DNA of 62,756 nt, counting the filler, from Chiloscyllium plagiosum (taxonomy: Eukaryota): assembly GCF_004010195.1 (NCBI RefSeq). It is 6 parts of one record of this genome, joined end to end, with 100 filler letters (N's around TTAATTAATTAA, not from the genome) between each part and the next. Parts side by side here need not be neighbours in the genome. Positions count along the whole stretch, not along the records: positions 57,368 to 62,756 come from NC_057714.1; 5 more parts are not named here. The stretch is one strand, 5' to 3'. The first letter of the stretch is position 1. Each line of letters opens with the position of its first letter. Shown one piece after another: positions 62,171 through 62,756 of the stretch. The notes beneath the pieces were generated by a model. The model made no database searches, had not been told where the DNA came from, and saw only the letters and a program-made list of their open reading frames with translations. The position numbers and the translations under genes were made by a program.

Positions 62171-62756
62171 AATAGACAATAGACAATAGGTGCAGGAGTA
62201 TTCTGCACCCTTTGAGCCTGCACCACCATTCAATATGATCATGGCTAATCATCCTTAATTAGTATCCTGTTCCTGCCTTATCTCCATAACCCTTGATTCC
62301 ACTATCCTTGAGAGCTCTATCCAACTCTTTCTTAAATGAATCCAGAGACTGGGCCTCCACTGCCCTTTGGGGCAGAGCATTACACACTGCCACCACTCTC
62401 TGGGTGAAGAAGTTTCTCCTCATCTCTGTCCTAAATGGTCTACCCCATATTTTTAAGCTGTGTCCTCTGGTTCAGCACTCACCCATCAGCGGAAACATGT
62501 TTCCTGCCTCCAGAGTGTCCAATCCTTTAATAATCTTATACGTCTCAATCAGATCCCCTCTCAGTCTTCTAAACTCAAGCATATACAAACCCAGTCGCTC
62601 CAGTCTTTCAGTGTAAGGTAATCCCGCCATTCCAGGAATTGACCTCGTGAACCTACGCTGCATTCCCTCAATAGCCAGAATGTCTCTCCTCAAATTTGGA
62701 GACCAGAACTGCACACAGTACTCCAAGTGTGGTCTTACCAGGGCCCTGTACAGCTG
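62171..62756 (-). mobile_element. CR1 3' portion with (CAATAGA)n tail, truncated by window end
   Basis: LEYCVQFWSP..QRRFTR..LEFRRLRGDLIETYKI..FFTQRVV. Confidence 0.92.

Overview
This is a repeat-dense, non-genic (intergenic or intronic) vertebrate window, most likely from a shark or other elasmobranch, judging by the HE1-type tRNA SINEs and CR1/HER1-like LINEs. I could not support any intact host protein-coding gene; the ORFs I could interpret are minisatellite translations or decayed transposon frames. The window holds a 5' G-rich minisatellite, many nested CR1 fragments, two Rex1/Babar LINEs, RTE, Tx1 and Gypsy fragments, and three decayed Harbinger-type Myb/SANT genes. It also holds a fragmented endogenous retrovirus-like envelope fossil (about 29.7-31.9 kb) and several Penelope-like element (PLE) families. 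The most striking signal is about a dozen short PLE terminal-repeat elements carrying a minimal hammerhead ribozyme core (CTGA[A/T]GA-A-GGGC-N4-GCCC-GAAA-CGTC). They occur as solo insertions with 10-15 bp target-site duplications (TSDs), as palindromes with a core on each strand, as a 36-bp tandem double hammerhead, and as a ~252-bp retrozyme-like tandem unit. There are six assembly gaps, five with an artificial TTAATTAATTAA linker. Family names come from motif recognition by eye, not database searches, and the boundaries of old repeats are approximate.
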